Assembly (NCBI GenBank): GCA_951406725.2
Contig: OX597827.1
Span: forward strand, 36,456,001-36,520,000
DNA: 64,000 nt
DNA from: Octopus vulgaris
Lineage: Eukaryota
Direction of reading: 5' to 3'
Part shown: positions 1 through 13,989 of the stretch, in pieces
How positions within the stretch are numbered: the first letter of the stretch is position 1
Layout: each line of letters begins with the position of its first letter
Position numbers and translations under genes: made by a program
The notes under the pieces: model-generated
What the model was told of the DNA's origin: nothing
What the model saw: the letters and a program-made list of their open reading frames with translations, nothing else
Databases searched by the model: none

Positions 1-99
1 CCTGTGAGTTATCTAATCGTCTGGTGACTACTGCCCCTGCATAGATCAGTAAATTAGTGTCTCCTATATTTTAAGTATATATCCCACAGATGACAGAAT

Positions 100-430
100 C
101 TACTTTCCTATTCATTTCTAGCAGCTTCCTTCTGTTGGTGCCTTTCAATGCTGACAATCTTTTTCTTACTATCTTCCCTCATTACTTCCTGCAACTCATC
201 TAAAATCTTCTGATCTTCCTCACTTAAATCACTTAAGTCGCTGGTGCCAGTTTTCCCTTCTTATTTGTAGCGCTATTATTATTTTTTCTTTCTTTGGTTC
301 GAGCTGTATCTCTTATGTTGTTGTTTGTCTTTTCTACTGCCTGGTCTCTCTTTTCCAGTTCTCTTATGATCTCTTCTACCTCCAATTCTATCATCCACTT
401 TCTTCTCCTAAATAACATTAGCTTGATGAA
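100..430 (-). mobile_element. R4/Dong-like LINE N-terminal fragment
   Basis: RRKWMIELEVEEIIRELE resembles the N-terminal region of R4-clade ORFs. Short and degraded. Confidence 0.4.
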
Positions 431-687
431 CGAAATATACTGTATTTATTTACGACACTGTTGTTGCTTTATCCCAAGTCAATCACTATGGAAAAGAATT
501 ATAATTGAAAACTGCTGCAACCATTATTTCGTATTTTTTGTAGATATAGTGTACTCAGGACCAAATATTCAATAATGTCCATCCATTTTTAAACTAGAAG
601 GGTATGATTTTCGGTGAATTTTGTCGATATTTCTAGAAGGTCGAGCGACAATATAGAGGTTTACTTGTATTTAAAAATAAACAAAAA

Positions 688-865
688 GGCCCTCCATCGG
701 TTATGACAACGAGAGTTCCCGTTGATCTGATCAACGGAACAGCCGGCTTGTCAAATTAGTATGCAAGTGGCTGAGTACTCCACTTACACACATACACTTA
801 ATGTAGTTCACAGAATGTGACAAGATTAGCCTTTGAATCAGAAACAAAGCTCATTTTTGCCAGTG
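688..865 (-). mobile_element. SINE fragment (same family as 8055-8365)
   Basis: Reverse complement of the body at 8160-8360 (gttgatc..aac..cc.gcttgt.aaatta...caagtggctg). Confidence 0.65.
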
Positions 866-899
866 GTGGAAGACAAACACAAACACAAAATCACACACG

Positions 900-1760
900 C
901 GTAGATTGATTTTGTAGCAATCTGTTGCTCTTGGATTACAAACGGTGTTTGATGTGTTGTAGTGGCTGTAAGTCTAAGAAAGGCTGCACTTCATGTGGAT
1001 GCGAGGATCGTCTACAAGAAATATACTCATGCATAGTCTGTTTTTTGGTATGCTGAGCGTTTCATGCCCAGGACTTCTTTGAGTTAAATTAGTCCAACTG
1101 TTTTGGGGTTGTATGGGAAGTCGTCTTGAAGCGAGTATTTCTTGAGGCGCTCACTGTCAACAAATAAGATGTTGTTTCCTTTCCTTTTCAGCACCAGATT
1201 TATATATATTTTTGACAGTTGCTGTCTGAGAGACACTATACGACTTTGAAGGCCGTCTGTACTGATTTTAAGTCTCAAATCACTTTACCTCTTCAACCCA
1301 GTTTATTGATATCACTGTTTCTGTGGACGTTTCCGGTTGTTGTCAGGATCTTGCAGGTTTTAATGTCTATCGAGTGGATTTCCCCCACAGACCGGTCAAT
1401 ATCCCAAATTTTAGAATTAGCACTGGTTCTGCAAATGCCTTGTGAGATATTGTCTTATAGGAGGAGAGTTTCGATTGCAATATGTAATAATTCTTGAGTA
1501 ACTCTTCTTTATTCATAATATATTTTTATATATTTTCCCCAATGTCTAAATATTTGTAGCATTCTTTATGTGGAACAGGAGAAATAGAAAGACTGTTGAT
1601 GTATTGGTTTTGGATTTGGAGGACTAATTGTCCACGTTAGTTCTGTTTGGCTAAATTCCATTTTTATGTCAGATGAAAATGTTATCGTTAACTCCAGCTG
1701 TTTTTTGGCGTTGCAAACATTTTTAACATTGATCTTCAGGTTCATCTACAAACAAATTAT
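900..1760 (-). mobile_element. Degraded Penelope-like element (RT remnant plus decayed hammerhead motif)
   Basis: Fragmentary RT-like translation, and a CTGAAGA...CAGCTG hammerhead remnant at 1690-1742. Confidence 0.4.
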
Positions 1761-2083
1761 TGGTTACATTGGTACCTGTAGTAGTTGCAAACCCTTGCAT
1801 GCAGTCACGATAATGGATTCAATGACAAAATAAACAGAATTACAGAAAAAATATTCTTTGAAATATTTACAACATTAGAGTTTATCGTTCTGCTCTCAGT
1901 TATCAATGTGTTTCCCAGATATTTGTGAGTCTCTCAGTGGCAGCGGCTAAGGTAGTACAAACTTCAGTAATCATGTATGCATTTGTCTCGAGTCGTACAT
2001 AAAGAGTACAATTTATCAAGATCCAATTTTACCGAAAGCAACCGTAAGTGGCAGCACAAAACTTCGTCAGTCAAATTTCCCAC

Positions 2084-2128
<45 letters not shown>

Positions 2129-2413
2129 GAATTTGAGGAAGCAATATCCCCGTAAGGGATTGTTAAAAAACCGTCCAGATGCCAACAAGGTTTAACCAAA
2201 TATATTGATAGAAAGTTCCTCAATATTTGTATAAACAATCTCATAAAATCAAATAGTAAATAAAAGAAAATGGAGAAGAAAAAATATAAAAGAAGCTTGG
2301 TTTATTTTATTTGTATCACAATTGGAAAATAATGCAAATTAAAAGATATACTTATAAGAACAAGTATAAAAGGAACTGCATCAACAAAAACAACCCAAAA
2401 ATATCCAAAAAAA

Positions 2414-2508
2414 TTCTACATGTTTCAATCCAACAATATGTTTGAATCATCAATAATTGTAACTTTTATAAATGTAATAAACGATATATTGTTAGATCTC
2501 TTCAGGAA
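2414..2508 (-). ncRNA. Type I hammerhead ribozyme motif, canonical core
   Basis: Minus strand: ttc-CTGAAGA-gatctaacaatat[loop]atattgttggatt-GAAA-CATG-TA-gaa. 13-bp stem II, palindromic ACATGT stem III, GUA cleavage triplet, 3-bp stem I. Confidence 0.75.
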
Positions 2509-2509
2509 A

Positions 2510-3424
2510 TCTAAGTGTATTTTCTGTCTTGAGTTACGAAATGACTTGTTTGAGGATTATGTTTAGGAATTTTCGAATGTAAACAAACTATTTATTAGGA
2601 CGCAGAGTTCATGTGATTAGAAATTTATCGTTTAAAATTTAGCAAATATTGAACGTTGAAATTCTGTTAAAACATCAAGTTTGTTTGAAAAATATATCTA
2701 TTACTATATTTAAATTTAACTTTAAATATATTTATTTATAAAGGTTTATGTGAGGGAGATGGTAGAAAAACGGATGTAACTTATGTGGGGTGTAATATAC
2801 AAAGAATTAGATAGGGAAATGTAAATAACCAATTTAATCCTAAATGACACCAATGTTATTCATCCAATCTTTCATTTTGCAATTTCTATCTACTTCACAA
2901 GTAATTGGGTCTCTGCAGTTACAATTTAAATTATTGGGTGGTACTATGGGGTTATGTCTATATTTATTAGGGATAATGGAGTTTTGGTTATTATCATAAT
3001 AGTAGTTGTTAATTCTACCATTATTGGAGTTGTTAGGTATATTTGATGGAGTTTTTTTTATTAGAGAATAGGTCCAGTTTCTAGTATTAAAAGAGGAGAT
3101 TATCCTAAAAAGGTTTGGAGAGACCGGAAATCCAAATCTGATTTTTTTATCATTAAATATTTTTGCATATTTGGAGTTCTTTTAAAGTTTTTATTAGGTA
3201 TATTTGATGGAGCTTTTCTTTTTTTTTTTATTAGAGAATAGGTCCATTAGAGAATAGGTTCAGTTTCTAGTATTAAAACAGGAGATTATCCTAAAAAGGT
3301 TTGGAGAGACTGGAAATCCAAATCTGATCTTTTTATCATTAAATATTTTTGCATATTTGGAGTTCTTTTAAAGTTTTTATTAATTATATTTCTAATGGAT
3401 CCATTTCATTGGATCCATTAGAAA
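2510..3424 (-). mobile_element. Penelope-like element remnant with internal tandem duplication
   Basis: IRFGFPVSPNLFRIISSFN resembles the PLE RT-EN linker. An ~160-bp block is duplicated (about 3033-3193 and 3194-3381). Lies directly upstream of the 2414-2508 hammerhead on the same strand. Confidence 0.55.
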
Positions 3425-3868
3425 CTTATCATTATCCCAGGTATGTTCTCATAAATTCATCATGCTTTTCCATCTAGATTTACCTCCAGCTAACCCATTT
3501 GTATGCATCGTTTTTGTTCTGCTTTTCTTCCGGCAACCTGTACATAACTGCACCTTACATTTGTTGTTGTTTCTGTACTGCTTAAAGGCACGTTTCTTTC
3601 CTGCCCAGCTTACTGTTTAAACCATGTTTGTGTTCTCCTAGCCAACAGCCTTATCATTACTGGTACTTTAAACTTTTTGGTTGCATATTTGTGTGAATAA
3701 AATCGTTTTTCTTTGGAATAGAAAAAAGTCTATCTTTATTTCCTCTTTTGCTGGTGTCTCAAATTTAGGTTAAATCAGTGTTTCTCAAACATGAGACGGT
3801 CGGACTAGTTGTTTTGAGAAAATTTGGTTTAACTCAGCACCGTTCATTGGACGGGGGGCGTTTTGCTC

Positions 3869-3918
<50 letters not shown>

Positions 3919-4089
3919 ATATATTGGAACATGTGATTATGAAGCATTATGTATAGGTTATGTATATACACAAAAGTACTATCGTGATGCAATTATATGC
4001 AATTAATTTTCATGTTATATAATACAGGGCAATGAAGGTGGAAAACATATATAATTATATAAATTTAGATTAATTGTATTTATGTGCAT

Positions 4090-5195
4090 GCAAACATTGT
4101 TAAACTTTTCTGATTTAACATTCAAGAGGTTGTGCTTAGAGAACAGGATATAATACGTTTCATCTAGAAAGAGCGAACATATCTTAGCTGGTGGTTTATA
4201 AGGTAGAGCATTATTTAGAACTTTCCATCTAATTTTATAGGTTTCATTGCTATCTGTAAGTTTCCAGATAAGTTTACAAAGGCCTGTGCTATTACGTTTA
4301 TTAATATCTCGAAATGAGGCTTCATGGTTCGCAATACGCTATTTCAAGTAACATGTTGTTGCCTCAAGATAATAGAAATATTTACCTTCAGATTCAACTG
4401 TGTCTGGTATACTAGGTTTTTATGTTTACAGTAATTGCTAAATTTACAATTTGTCTTAACTCTACAATCACATAACGCATTTAGATTATTATTACCAGTG
4501 TCGGTATTAGCGTTCCTGCTTCTTCTAGGTATAATATTAGAGTCAGTTTGAGTAGCATATATGTTCCTAGTTAAAGGGGAATGCTTCTATTTATATAACA
4601 CTCATCAAGTTTAATGTTATTTGAAGATAATCTTTATATATAAAAGTGAAGTTGCGTGTCTGTCTCCTACAATTTAGATTCCTAACTACTCCCACATTTT
4701 GTGGTGCAGTTTAACCAAAACCGGGTATCTTATAGTCGTGATTCATATCGAGCCCTTCTGGGTATTAGCGCGCGTCTACGATGAGTCTACGATTTAAAAA
4801 AAAATTACCATCATTTTTTCCATTTTAATGCATTTTTTCGCTATTATATAAGGGAAGTAACTCTCTAAAAATGTCTACGATGAGTCAACGATTAAAAAAA
4901 AAAATTACCATAATTTTTTTTTCCATTTTTAATGCATTTTTTTGCTATTTTTTGGCTATAACTCTCTAAAAATGCTTATATAGTTATTTCCCTTACAAAC
5001 CCGAGCAACGCCGGTCGATACTGCTAGTATATGTATAAATAAGCTTTTTAGTAATAGAAAATCCTATCCTTATTAAATTATTATTAGTTATGGAACTAGT
5101 TTTACTAGAAGGGAAATGTTTATCTATTGCTGTGCGGGTTACTTTGATAAGGTTTGTCTTTATTTGTCTTCCATAAGATAAGATAAGCTAAATTA
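4090..5195 (-). mobile_element. Penelope-like element (RT C-terminus plus GIY-YIG endonuclease), interrupted by a Helitron
   Basis: RIANHEASFRDINKRNSTGLCKLIWKLTDSNETYKIRWKVLNNALPYKPPAKICSL (GIY-YIG C-part) at about 4170-4345, and IKTNLIKVTRTAIDKHFP...RIGFS at about 5040-5170. Confidence 0.8.
4631..5027 (+). mobile_element. Non-autonomous Helitron
   Basis: A|TC 5' end (tctttatatataaaag), 3' GC-rich hairpin cccgagcaacgccgg followed by CTAG|T, no TSD, internal short duplication. Confidence 0.85.
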
Positions 5196-5705
5196 TATTA
5201 TTATTATTATTATTATTATTATAATTATTAATACTATCCCTATACACACATTCAAATAATAAATAATTAATAACTTGTATATTAGATTTCAGCAAAATAT
5301 TCTATACTCCATCACTTCAATTTTTGACATCCATATAACCCACATTTTAAATAACAAATAACTGATAATAGTACAATTATTTATTATAACAATCATTATG
5401 TAAACCATATTTAACATCAATATATAAGTATAAATTTAATCTATTGAACCCTTAATCTTGTAATTATACCATCAATAATTTACATTAACCCCTATTACAA
5501 ATCTATAGTACCTATTTCATTGTTAAATAGAATAAATATATATTAACAGTTATCGCCAAGCAAACACGGCAGTCCAGGAAAAGAGGACGAATGCTGCCAT
5601 TGACTAGCTCCAAGAGGCCATCGCCTCTAGCTAGCTATGTGACACACAAGGTAAATAAACATTCGAACTGACGGTCAGCAGCGATGCCTGCTGGGTTCGG
5701 CTACT

Positions 5706-5746
5706 CCACATTGATAAAGGTCAAATACCCCGAAACTAGTTTATGG
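5706..5746 (+). ncRNA. Hammerhead motif with U3:A8 core variant
   Basis: ccaca-TTGATAA-aggtcaaatacccc-GAAA-CTAG-TT-tatgg. Palindromic ACTAGT stem III. Confidence 0.5.
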
Positions 5747-5817
5747 ATGTAGAACTAGTAAGGGGAAGCTGCTGACCTCCCCTGTTCGAAAGTTGTAATG
5801 GACACAGGTTTGTGTGT

Positions 5818-5916
<99 letters not shown>

Positions 5917-6161
5917 TTAATACAATCCCTATTTTTTAGAAAATGCTGTATTTGAACACTTTATATTTTATTTTTGTAAAATCTTATAATCCAACATTAA
6001 TGACTGATGATACTTTTAATATATTTCAATATATAAATATAAAAGTTTAAATCTACACGTATTGATATCTATTTTATCCATGAAACTTATAAACATATTG
6101 CTATAGTGAAACACAGACTATTTTATATTTTAAAAATAAAAATGACATGATTAACCATATA

Positions 6162-6830
6162 CTGGGTTGGACAAAATAATGGAAACACCTAGCATCATTG
6201 CATCATAATTTTTAAATATCTATAAAACCGACAAAAGCTTATTTATTTTTTGTCTTTTAATTTATTATTAGTGTTGCTTAATATGTTTTGCTAAAATTGT
6301 TGTTTCTTTTCAGATATCATCTGAAAAAGGTAATTAAAATTCAGGAAAATGACAGTTCTATCGAACTTTCAGATAAGAAGTCAAATTGTTGGTGCTCGTA
6401 TGGCAGGCGCTAGCGTAACCAAAACAGCCGAAATGTTTGGTGTATCAAGAAATACTGTTTCGAAAATTATGATAGCCTTTGAGAAAGAGGGAAAAACCTC
6501 CTCCTTGAAACAAAACTCCAGAAGAAAACCGAACCTTTCAGATAAGGACTGTCGGGCTCTTACGCGAATTGTTAGAAAGGATCACAAAAGTACAGCTCCC
6601 AAAATTGCTGCAGAGCTGAATTCACCTCGAGAACCCAGTTTCCACAAAAACTGTTCGCCGGGAGCTGCACAAAGCTGGATTTCACGGGAGGGCTGCAATC
6701 AGAAAACCACTACTTTCAAAAACAAACGTTGCAAAGCGTTTAGAGTGGAGTAAAAACCTACAGAATTGGTCCCTAGAACAGAGGAAGAATGTTATTTTCT
6801 CGGACGTGTCATCCTTTACCTTATTTTTGA
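6162..6830 (+). mobile_element. Tc1-like transposon, 5' part, frameshifted and truncated
   Basis: TA|CTGGGTTGGACAAAATAATGGAAACACC terminus. ORF 6349-6753 has a paired-like HTH (QIVGARMAGASVTKTAEMFGVSRNTVSKI), followed by V(I)FSD. Confidence 0.85.
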
Positions 6831-7652
6831 ACACTTATTTTTCCTCACATGCTTTATATCACATGATTCTGAGTCTGGTTAAAGAACAGAGCTCACAGAT
6901 GAACAGATGCGAGTCTCTGATCTCTGGGTAAGCAGTTCTCTGCTTTATTCATCTGGTCATCAACAGTACTCAAACTTCTAAAGAGTTTCATGCCAGTTTA
7001 TTTGACGATGTTGTGATCAGAAGTAATTATATTGACTTCTATAGGAGCTCGAGAAACAAATTACCACAGTGTCTAATATGGTCATGGTAAGGTGTACTCT
7101 TCATTAATCTTACAAGCCTTTGTCTTAGGCGCGCACAATTGACTTTTGTGCTACTTTTTCTTTTCGCTTTCCAAAACAATTTTTTCACTGCAATCCAGCG
7201 TCTATTTGCTTTCTATCAACGCATTACTATCAGGTAGTACTACGAGAAAACTTCTCTCGACGTCTTGGTCATTGGTTCCTAATACTGAGAAAGAGTCAAG
7301 TTCTACCCTAGAGTATAACTATTAGTGCTCGGGGAACTGTCTGCTGCTGTTATTGCCTCTATTATTGCTCTTAGCTTCCTCTCCTCTGTTTTTCCAGCTC
7401 CTCTGGACAGAAAGCGCTCAAGTGGCTCATACTCCTATACATTGTAATACAAGTCTAACTGCTTTTCTCTTTTGTTCCCAGAATGACATACAGTATCAGA
7501 ATAGCTCTGATAGAGGTAACTCGAATGTGGAATCTAAAAGCAGTAACAATTCCTATCATAGTGGGCGCATTAGGTATGATAAAAACATTCAGACAGATAC
7601 ATTACAAAAATACCAGGACTTACAAATATATATAACATACAGAAAATTGCAC

Positions 7653-7919
<267 letters not shown>

Positions 7920-8054
7920 TAAGGATAAACAGCAGAAGCTACAAGCTGGAGCCTTTTGACAAAAAATTAAAAAGACAATATATTTCTTAGAAATTTGATT
8001 TTAAGTGACGAAAGTACCGTTGATTAAATGAAATACTTTTTAACAACAGCGAAG

Positions 8055-8365
8055 GTGCGTGACTTCGAAGTAGGTTATCGGTATTCGACCCACGATCGTA
8101 AGGTCATGAGTCCGATTCCTGGTGGTGCATTGTGTTCTAGAGCAAGACGCTTTGTTTCAAATTGCTCCAGACCACTCAGCTGGCAAAAATGTCTGTTATT
8201 CAAAGGGTAGTCTTGTCATGTTCTATGTCACACTGAATCTCCCTAAGAACTACGTTAAGGGTACGCGTGTTTGTGGAGTCCCCAGCCACTTGTATGTTAA
8301 TTTCACAAGCAGGCTATTCGGATCAACTGAAACATTCGTCGTCGTAAGCGACGGAATGCCAGTCT
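8055..8365 (+). mobile_element. tRNA-derived SINE
   Basis: tRNA-like head (ggttatcggtattcgacccacgatcgtaagg...ccgattcc). Related copies at 15340-15510 and 688-865. Confidence 0.65.
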
Positions 8366-9293
8366 TTTTTCAATTTGACAATAAAAGCATATATTTAGTT
8401 TTATTTATTTTTAAATGCTACAGCTATACGCGACAAAATTGTACATGCATTCGCTGTCAATTAACAAATAGCTGCTTTGTTCACCTGTTCTGTTTATCGT
8501 CGTTTTATGTCCTTCATCTTCTAAGTGATAAAGACGAATCATGTTTTACCAGATCATACGTATCATTTCAGCACTTGCTACTAACGTCTCTATATCAGAA
8601 GAAAAACGTGCAATTATACAAATACATTTGCAGTAATAAAAAAAACAACTCATTACCCCTGGCTGGAATTGAGAAATGACTCACTCTCCCTTAATACCTA
8701 ATCCACTCCTAAAACCTTTCGTCATATTCTCATAGATAACGGTTTCAACCCCTTTTGGCCCGTTTCAGCTCACATGGTCCTAGTTTCAACTCCCACTGGT
8801 CCCAGTTTCACCTCTGAAAATTATATTAAACCTACCTATAAGCAGCTTTGTTTGGGCGTGTGATTTGTTATACATGTAAGCAATGCGTGGGGGAAGAAGA
8901 AACAAAAAAATGAAAATAAAATAAAATGAAGGAAATTAGAAGTAAAAATGAAAGGGCAAAGGCAGGAAACAAGTGAAAAGAAGAAAAAGTGGATGACTAA
9001 TAATATTAGTGAACGAACTTTATTTCCTTAGTAACACACATAAATTGAGCAGTTTATTGTTCTGATTATTAAATACACTTTCGCTTACGTAAATGTCTAT
9101 TTAAAATGTAGATGGCATCTTAAAATACTATTTATTCCCAGGTTAACAAAAATTGCCTATTTGTGACTTTATAATCATTGTTATACATAAAGTATCTCAA
9201 GAACTATATTATCCAATAGCTCATATTTATCGGTTCATTTAAAGGAGGAAAGACCCCTGGTCTCTGTTTTAAGTACAAGGCCAGCAGAATTAA

Positions 9294-9361
<68 letters not shown>

Positions 9362-9363
<2 letters not shown>

Positions 9364-9995
9364 AGATAATTCAATGGTTGAACGATATTTCGACAGCAAG
9401 CCTGTCTTGTCGAGTTCAAAATAAAAAAATGATAAAAATTCAAAATTATAGAAACTCAAGTCTAAAATATGAACGAGAGCAACCAGTATCTACACTTTGA
9501 TGGAATGACATCATCAGTCTTTAAGTTTCAATTATATAACTGGCGAAAAGAAAAATACAGAAAAAGGAAAGAAAAAGAAGAAAAATATTTAATCAAACAG
9601 TTTTTGTAAATTTTATGTGTAAATTTGATGAAATTCTCATGTCATTTATTCCCCCATGGCGTGATGTTAATAACCCGCAAACATATTTCTCCCCATGCAT
9701 TTTGAGTATTGAACGTGTAGCAGATTAAATATGCTTCTTCTTTTTGATTAAATATTCTTCTTTGCCTTTTCTTTTTTCTTTCCTTTCTTTTCTCTCTTTT
9801 TTTCTGTCTTTTTCTTTTCGCCAGTTTTAATATAGAAACTTAAAGACTGATGATGTCATTCAATGAACATATTGTTCTCTCGTTCATATTTTAGATTTGA
9901 ATTTCTATAATTTTGAATTTTTATCAGTTTTTTATTTTGAACTCGACAAAGATAGGCTTGCTGTCGAAATATCGTTCAAACAATAAAATATCTGT
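9362..9995. mobile_element. Fold-back / long-TIR MITE
   Basis: Arms of about 230 bp in inverted orientation (gaacgatatttcgacagcaagcct... versus ...aggcttgctgtcgaaatatcgttc), no coding capacity. Confidence 0.8.
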
Positions 9996-10063
9996 TGCAA
10001 TCGCATCGTGCTCTTCGTCTTGTCTGCTTACATTTGTGAAGAGTTACGTCAATCCTTTTAAAA

Positions 10064-10749
<686 letters not shown>

Positions 10750-11549
10750 TCTTTGCACAGCTTCTAGCGTTGAAGATGTACTACGGTGCCAACTGTTCAC
10801 TACCAGTGAACTAAGGTAACACCCTTATTTTTCGAACACCATCCGGAGTATTCGAGCGGTTCCGAGTAGTGCTGTTTTCTGCAAATGATCCACTCTTATT
10901 GCAGCCCCTATTTGTTCCATGTACTTCTCAAGATTTTTACTCACTGTTCAAAGGGCTCCGACAATTATTGGAACTACAAACACCTTTTTCATCTATCACA
11001 ACTGCTTAACCTCCCAAGCTAACCTGTCATATCTATCGATTTTTCTTTCTTCCTTATCGCATAACTTGTTGTCAGCTGGGAATGCTATATTTATGATCCA
11101 GCATTGTTTGCTTTCTTTTTCAATTAACACTATGTCTGGTTTCCTATTCTCTATCTCATGGTTGCACTGAATCATAAAATCCCATAGCATCTTTGCATTA
11201 TCAGTTTCGATGATGCCTTCGGGTTTATGTTCGTACCAAGTTTTGCTATGTCAAGTCCGTACTTGTTGCAAGGTGTCCAATAGACAATCCTTGCTATATT
11301 ATCCTGACGTCTCTTATATTATTTCTGGGCTAGTGGCGTACATTGACTGGTAATATGCCATACGGTTTCACCATTTTGTCCACAAATTCTGCACTTATCT
11401 CTTTCTGATGTGCTGTCTGTTCTGTATTTGATGTAACTGGTTCTTAATACTTGCACTTGGGCAGCACAGATTAGAACCTCCGTTTCCGGGTTTTAAACAA
11501 TTTTAGTCATCCATAGCCATCTCGCTGTCTCTCTTATCTTCAACATCCC

Positions 11550-11550
<1 letters not shown>
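10750..11550 (-). mobile_element. R4/Dong-like LINE 3' fragment (RLE domain)
   Basis: LWDFMIQCNHEIENRKPDIVLIEKESKQCWIINIAFP. CCHC remnant. Flanked by (TAA)n on both sides. Confidence 0.85.
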
Positions 11551-11599
<49 letters not shown>

Positions 11600-11600
<1 letters not shown>

Positions 11601-12810
11601 GTTTAAATTTTGCTTTGTATTTGTACAAGATGACTGCAAGTCTCCCCAGAGATCGCAAAAGACAATAAGTTAGAAGTTCAAGTTGGTGTTATGACTAGTG
11701 CCATATATTTGGTCTTGCGCAAAGTATTGTTTTAGAGAATGTTTAAGAAAACAAGAAAATTATAAGTTTCTTTTAAAATTTGAGATTACATAATCAGTAT
11801 TTTACGTAGGAAATGGGCAGTTCCTTTTGGATTTCCTGGTATCTGAGCTAGGTAACAATCGGCCTCTTATGTTCTCCTTTCTAAGTCACCTATGACAACA
11901 GGTATTGTTTTAGTCTTGAGGTTCCACATTTTGCCAATTTCTATATCTAGATTTTTATGCTTGCTCAGTTTTTGGTATCTCATGAAAGATACATTTATGT
12001 CGATTGGGATAGTCATATCGATGAGGAGGTTTGAATTTTGTCTGAAGTTCTTCGATATAATGTCTGGCCTATTCGCATCTATCTTTCTGTGAGTTTGAAT
12101 GGTGAAGTTCCAGAGGAGTGAGATGTGGTCATTTTCAAGCACTGGAGGTGGCTTGTGTTCCCACCAGTTTTTATCATGACACAGTCCAGGTTTTTGCAAA
12201 TTACCCAGTGAATATACTGAGCTGCTCTATCATGCCTGTTGGGATACTCTGTAGGCGCAAGAAGACTGCATATGGAGACAATATGATAGACGGTTTCATT
12301 TTGTTGTTGACATACACGACATATTGAGCTACTGCCGTTCTTTAATACGTTGGCCTGGTAGCTCCTTGAAGGTAAGCGTTGATCTTGAGCTGCTATAATA
12401 AACCCTGCTGTCTCTGATTTTAAGCCAGAAGACACTAACCATTGATAGCTAAGGGCTTTGTCAAATTGGCACTATTAGCTCTCTTTGGGTATTTGCCATT
12501 TATCCGTAAGAATATCTAAGGCAGCAGTTTTAGCACGGGTTTTCATACGATTAGCTTTTACTGTGCTTGTTTCTAGTACGTCTAATTCTGGAATTTGTTG
12601 TATTTGAAATTCACTTGGATATTCCTTTGCCTGTTTTGTTACTGAGCATGATGCTCTCTTGTTTTCATGCTGTGAGACAAGTATTAATATTCAGTCATCA
12701 GAGTTTTTCAGGCAGATGTCTAGGCCAGTTGTGGCAATCTTCATTGTAAATTCCAGTTGTAAAAGTCCACGGCCACCCTCTTTTCTTGGCAGGTGAGGTA
12801 GTTCTATATC
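11600..12810 (-). mobile_element. R4/Dong-like LINE 3' fragment, second subfamily
   Basis: SSGLKSETAGFIIAAQDQ, CRVC..ETVYHIVSIC, RHD, ANRPDII. 3' end abuts (TAA)n. Confidence 0.88.
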
Positions 12811-13307
12811 ATGCCATCAAAGTGACACTGGAGTACAAATATACGAAGCCCAATATACTCATCATGACTAAGAGTACATCAGGTACCTGTACCACAAACA
12901 CATGTGCTTGACATAGTCATCTCATTTCAAGATAAACAGAGCATGATCTTGCAATGTGGGTCCCAGTTAGAATTTTATTCAGATTGAGCAGCTCATCCCC
13001 ACCTCAAAAGGTCCCTGAATAAGGCTTGTTTAAGGATGAAACACCCATGTTTCCTGAGGTGAATTATTCAAACCCTAAAGAATCTCTATCAATACATAGC
13101 TGTGATGCTCTCCCTAGGTGTTAATGGGCTTCGATGCGATTTTGGAGTTGAGTTCAGTTTTTAGTATGAGTCTTACTCTTCTGTAATACTCCTTTCTTTT
13201 TCTTTCATAGTAGCATGTTTTATACCATCTCCTTTCTTCTTCTTCTTCTTCTTCTTCTTCTTCTTCTTCTTCTTCTTCTTCTTCTTCTTCTTCTTCTTCT
13301 TCTTCTT

Positions 13308-13338
<31 letters not shown>

Positions 13339-13361
13339 TTATTATTATTATTATTATTACA

Positions 13362-13770
13362 GGCGGGGATCTGGCAGAATCGTTAGCATGCCCTTAACAA
13401 AATGTCTAGCGACATTTAATCCGCCTTTATGCTCTGGGTTCAAATTCCGTCGGAGGTTCTCTTTGTCTCTGATAAAATGTACATGTAAATCATGTACTGT
13501 GGTCGATGTAACTGACCTCGTTTTCCCTCAAAAACTACTGGTCCTGTACCGAAATTTGAAACAATTATTATGGTGGCGAACTGGTACAGACAACATTCTC
13601 AGCGGTATTTTGCCTGCTTTAGGATCTGAGCTCAAATTCTGCCGAGATCGACTTTAACTTTCATCCTTTTGGCGTCGTGAAATAGATACTATCTGTGCAC
13701 TGGGGTCGATGTAATCGACTTAGCTCCTCCCACAAAATGTCTGGCCTTGTGCCTCTAATAATAAAAAAAA
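13362..13770 (+). mobile_element. Two tandem SINE copies (ggcggcgagctggcagaa family)
   Basis: Degenerate matches to the 54427-54655 copy. Confidence 0.7.
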
Positions 13771-13989
13771 GATTATCATAATGCCCCCGTGTGAAAATTG
13801 ATCTTACACCTATCATATGTAGTGAATAACAAGAGTGCCTGCATTTTAACCCTGGGCAGTTAAGATGAGGTGCGGAATGACCTTTCAATGACCACATCTG
13901 CTCATCGTTGTCGATTAGGAATCTCTGCAGATGTATCAGTACTGAGAAACAAAGGGCTGGAGCGAGTCTAGGCATCGATAAGAACAAGC

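Noticed and set aside
2690-3400. AT-rich stretch resembling a mitochondrial insertion (NUMT)
   Set aside because: No mitochondrial gene motif recognised. The translation fits a Penelope linker, and a hammerhead follows on the same strand.
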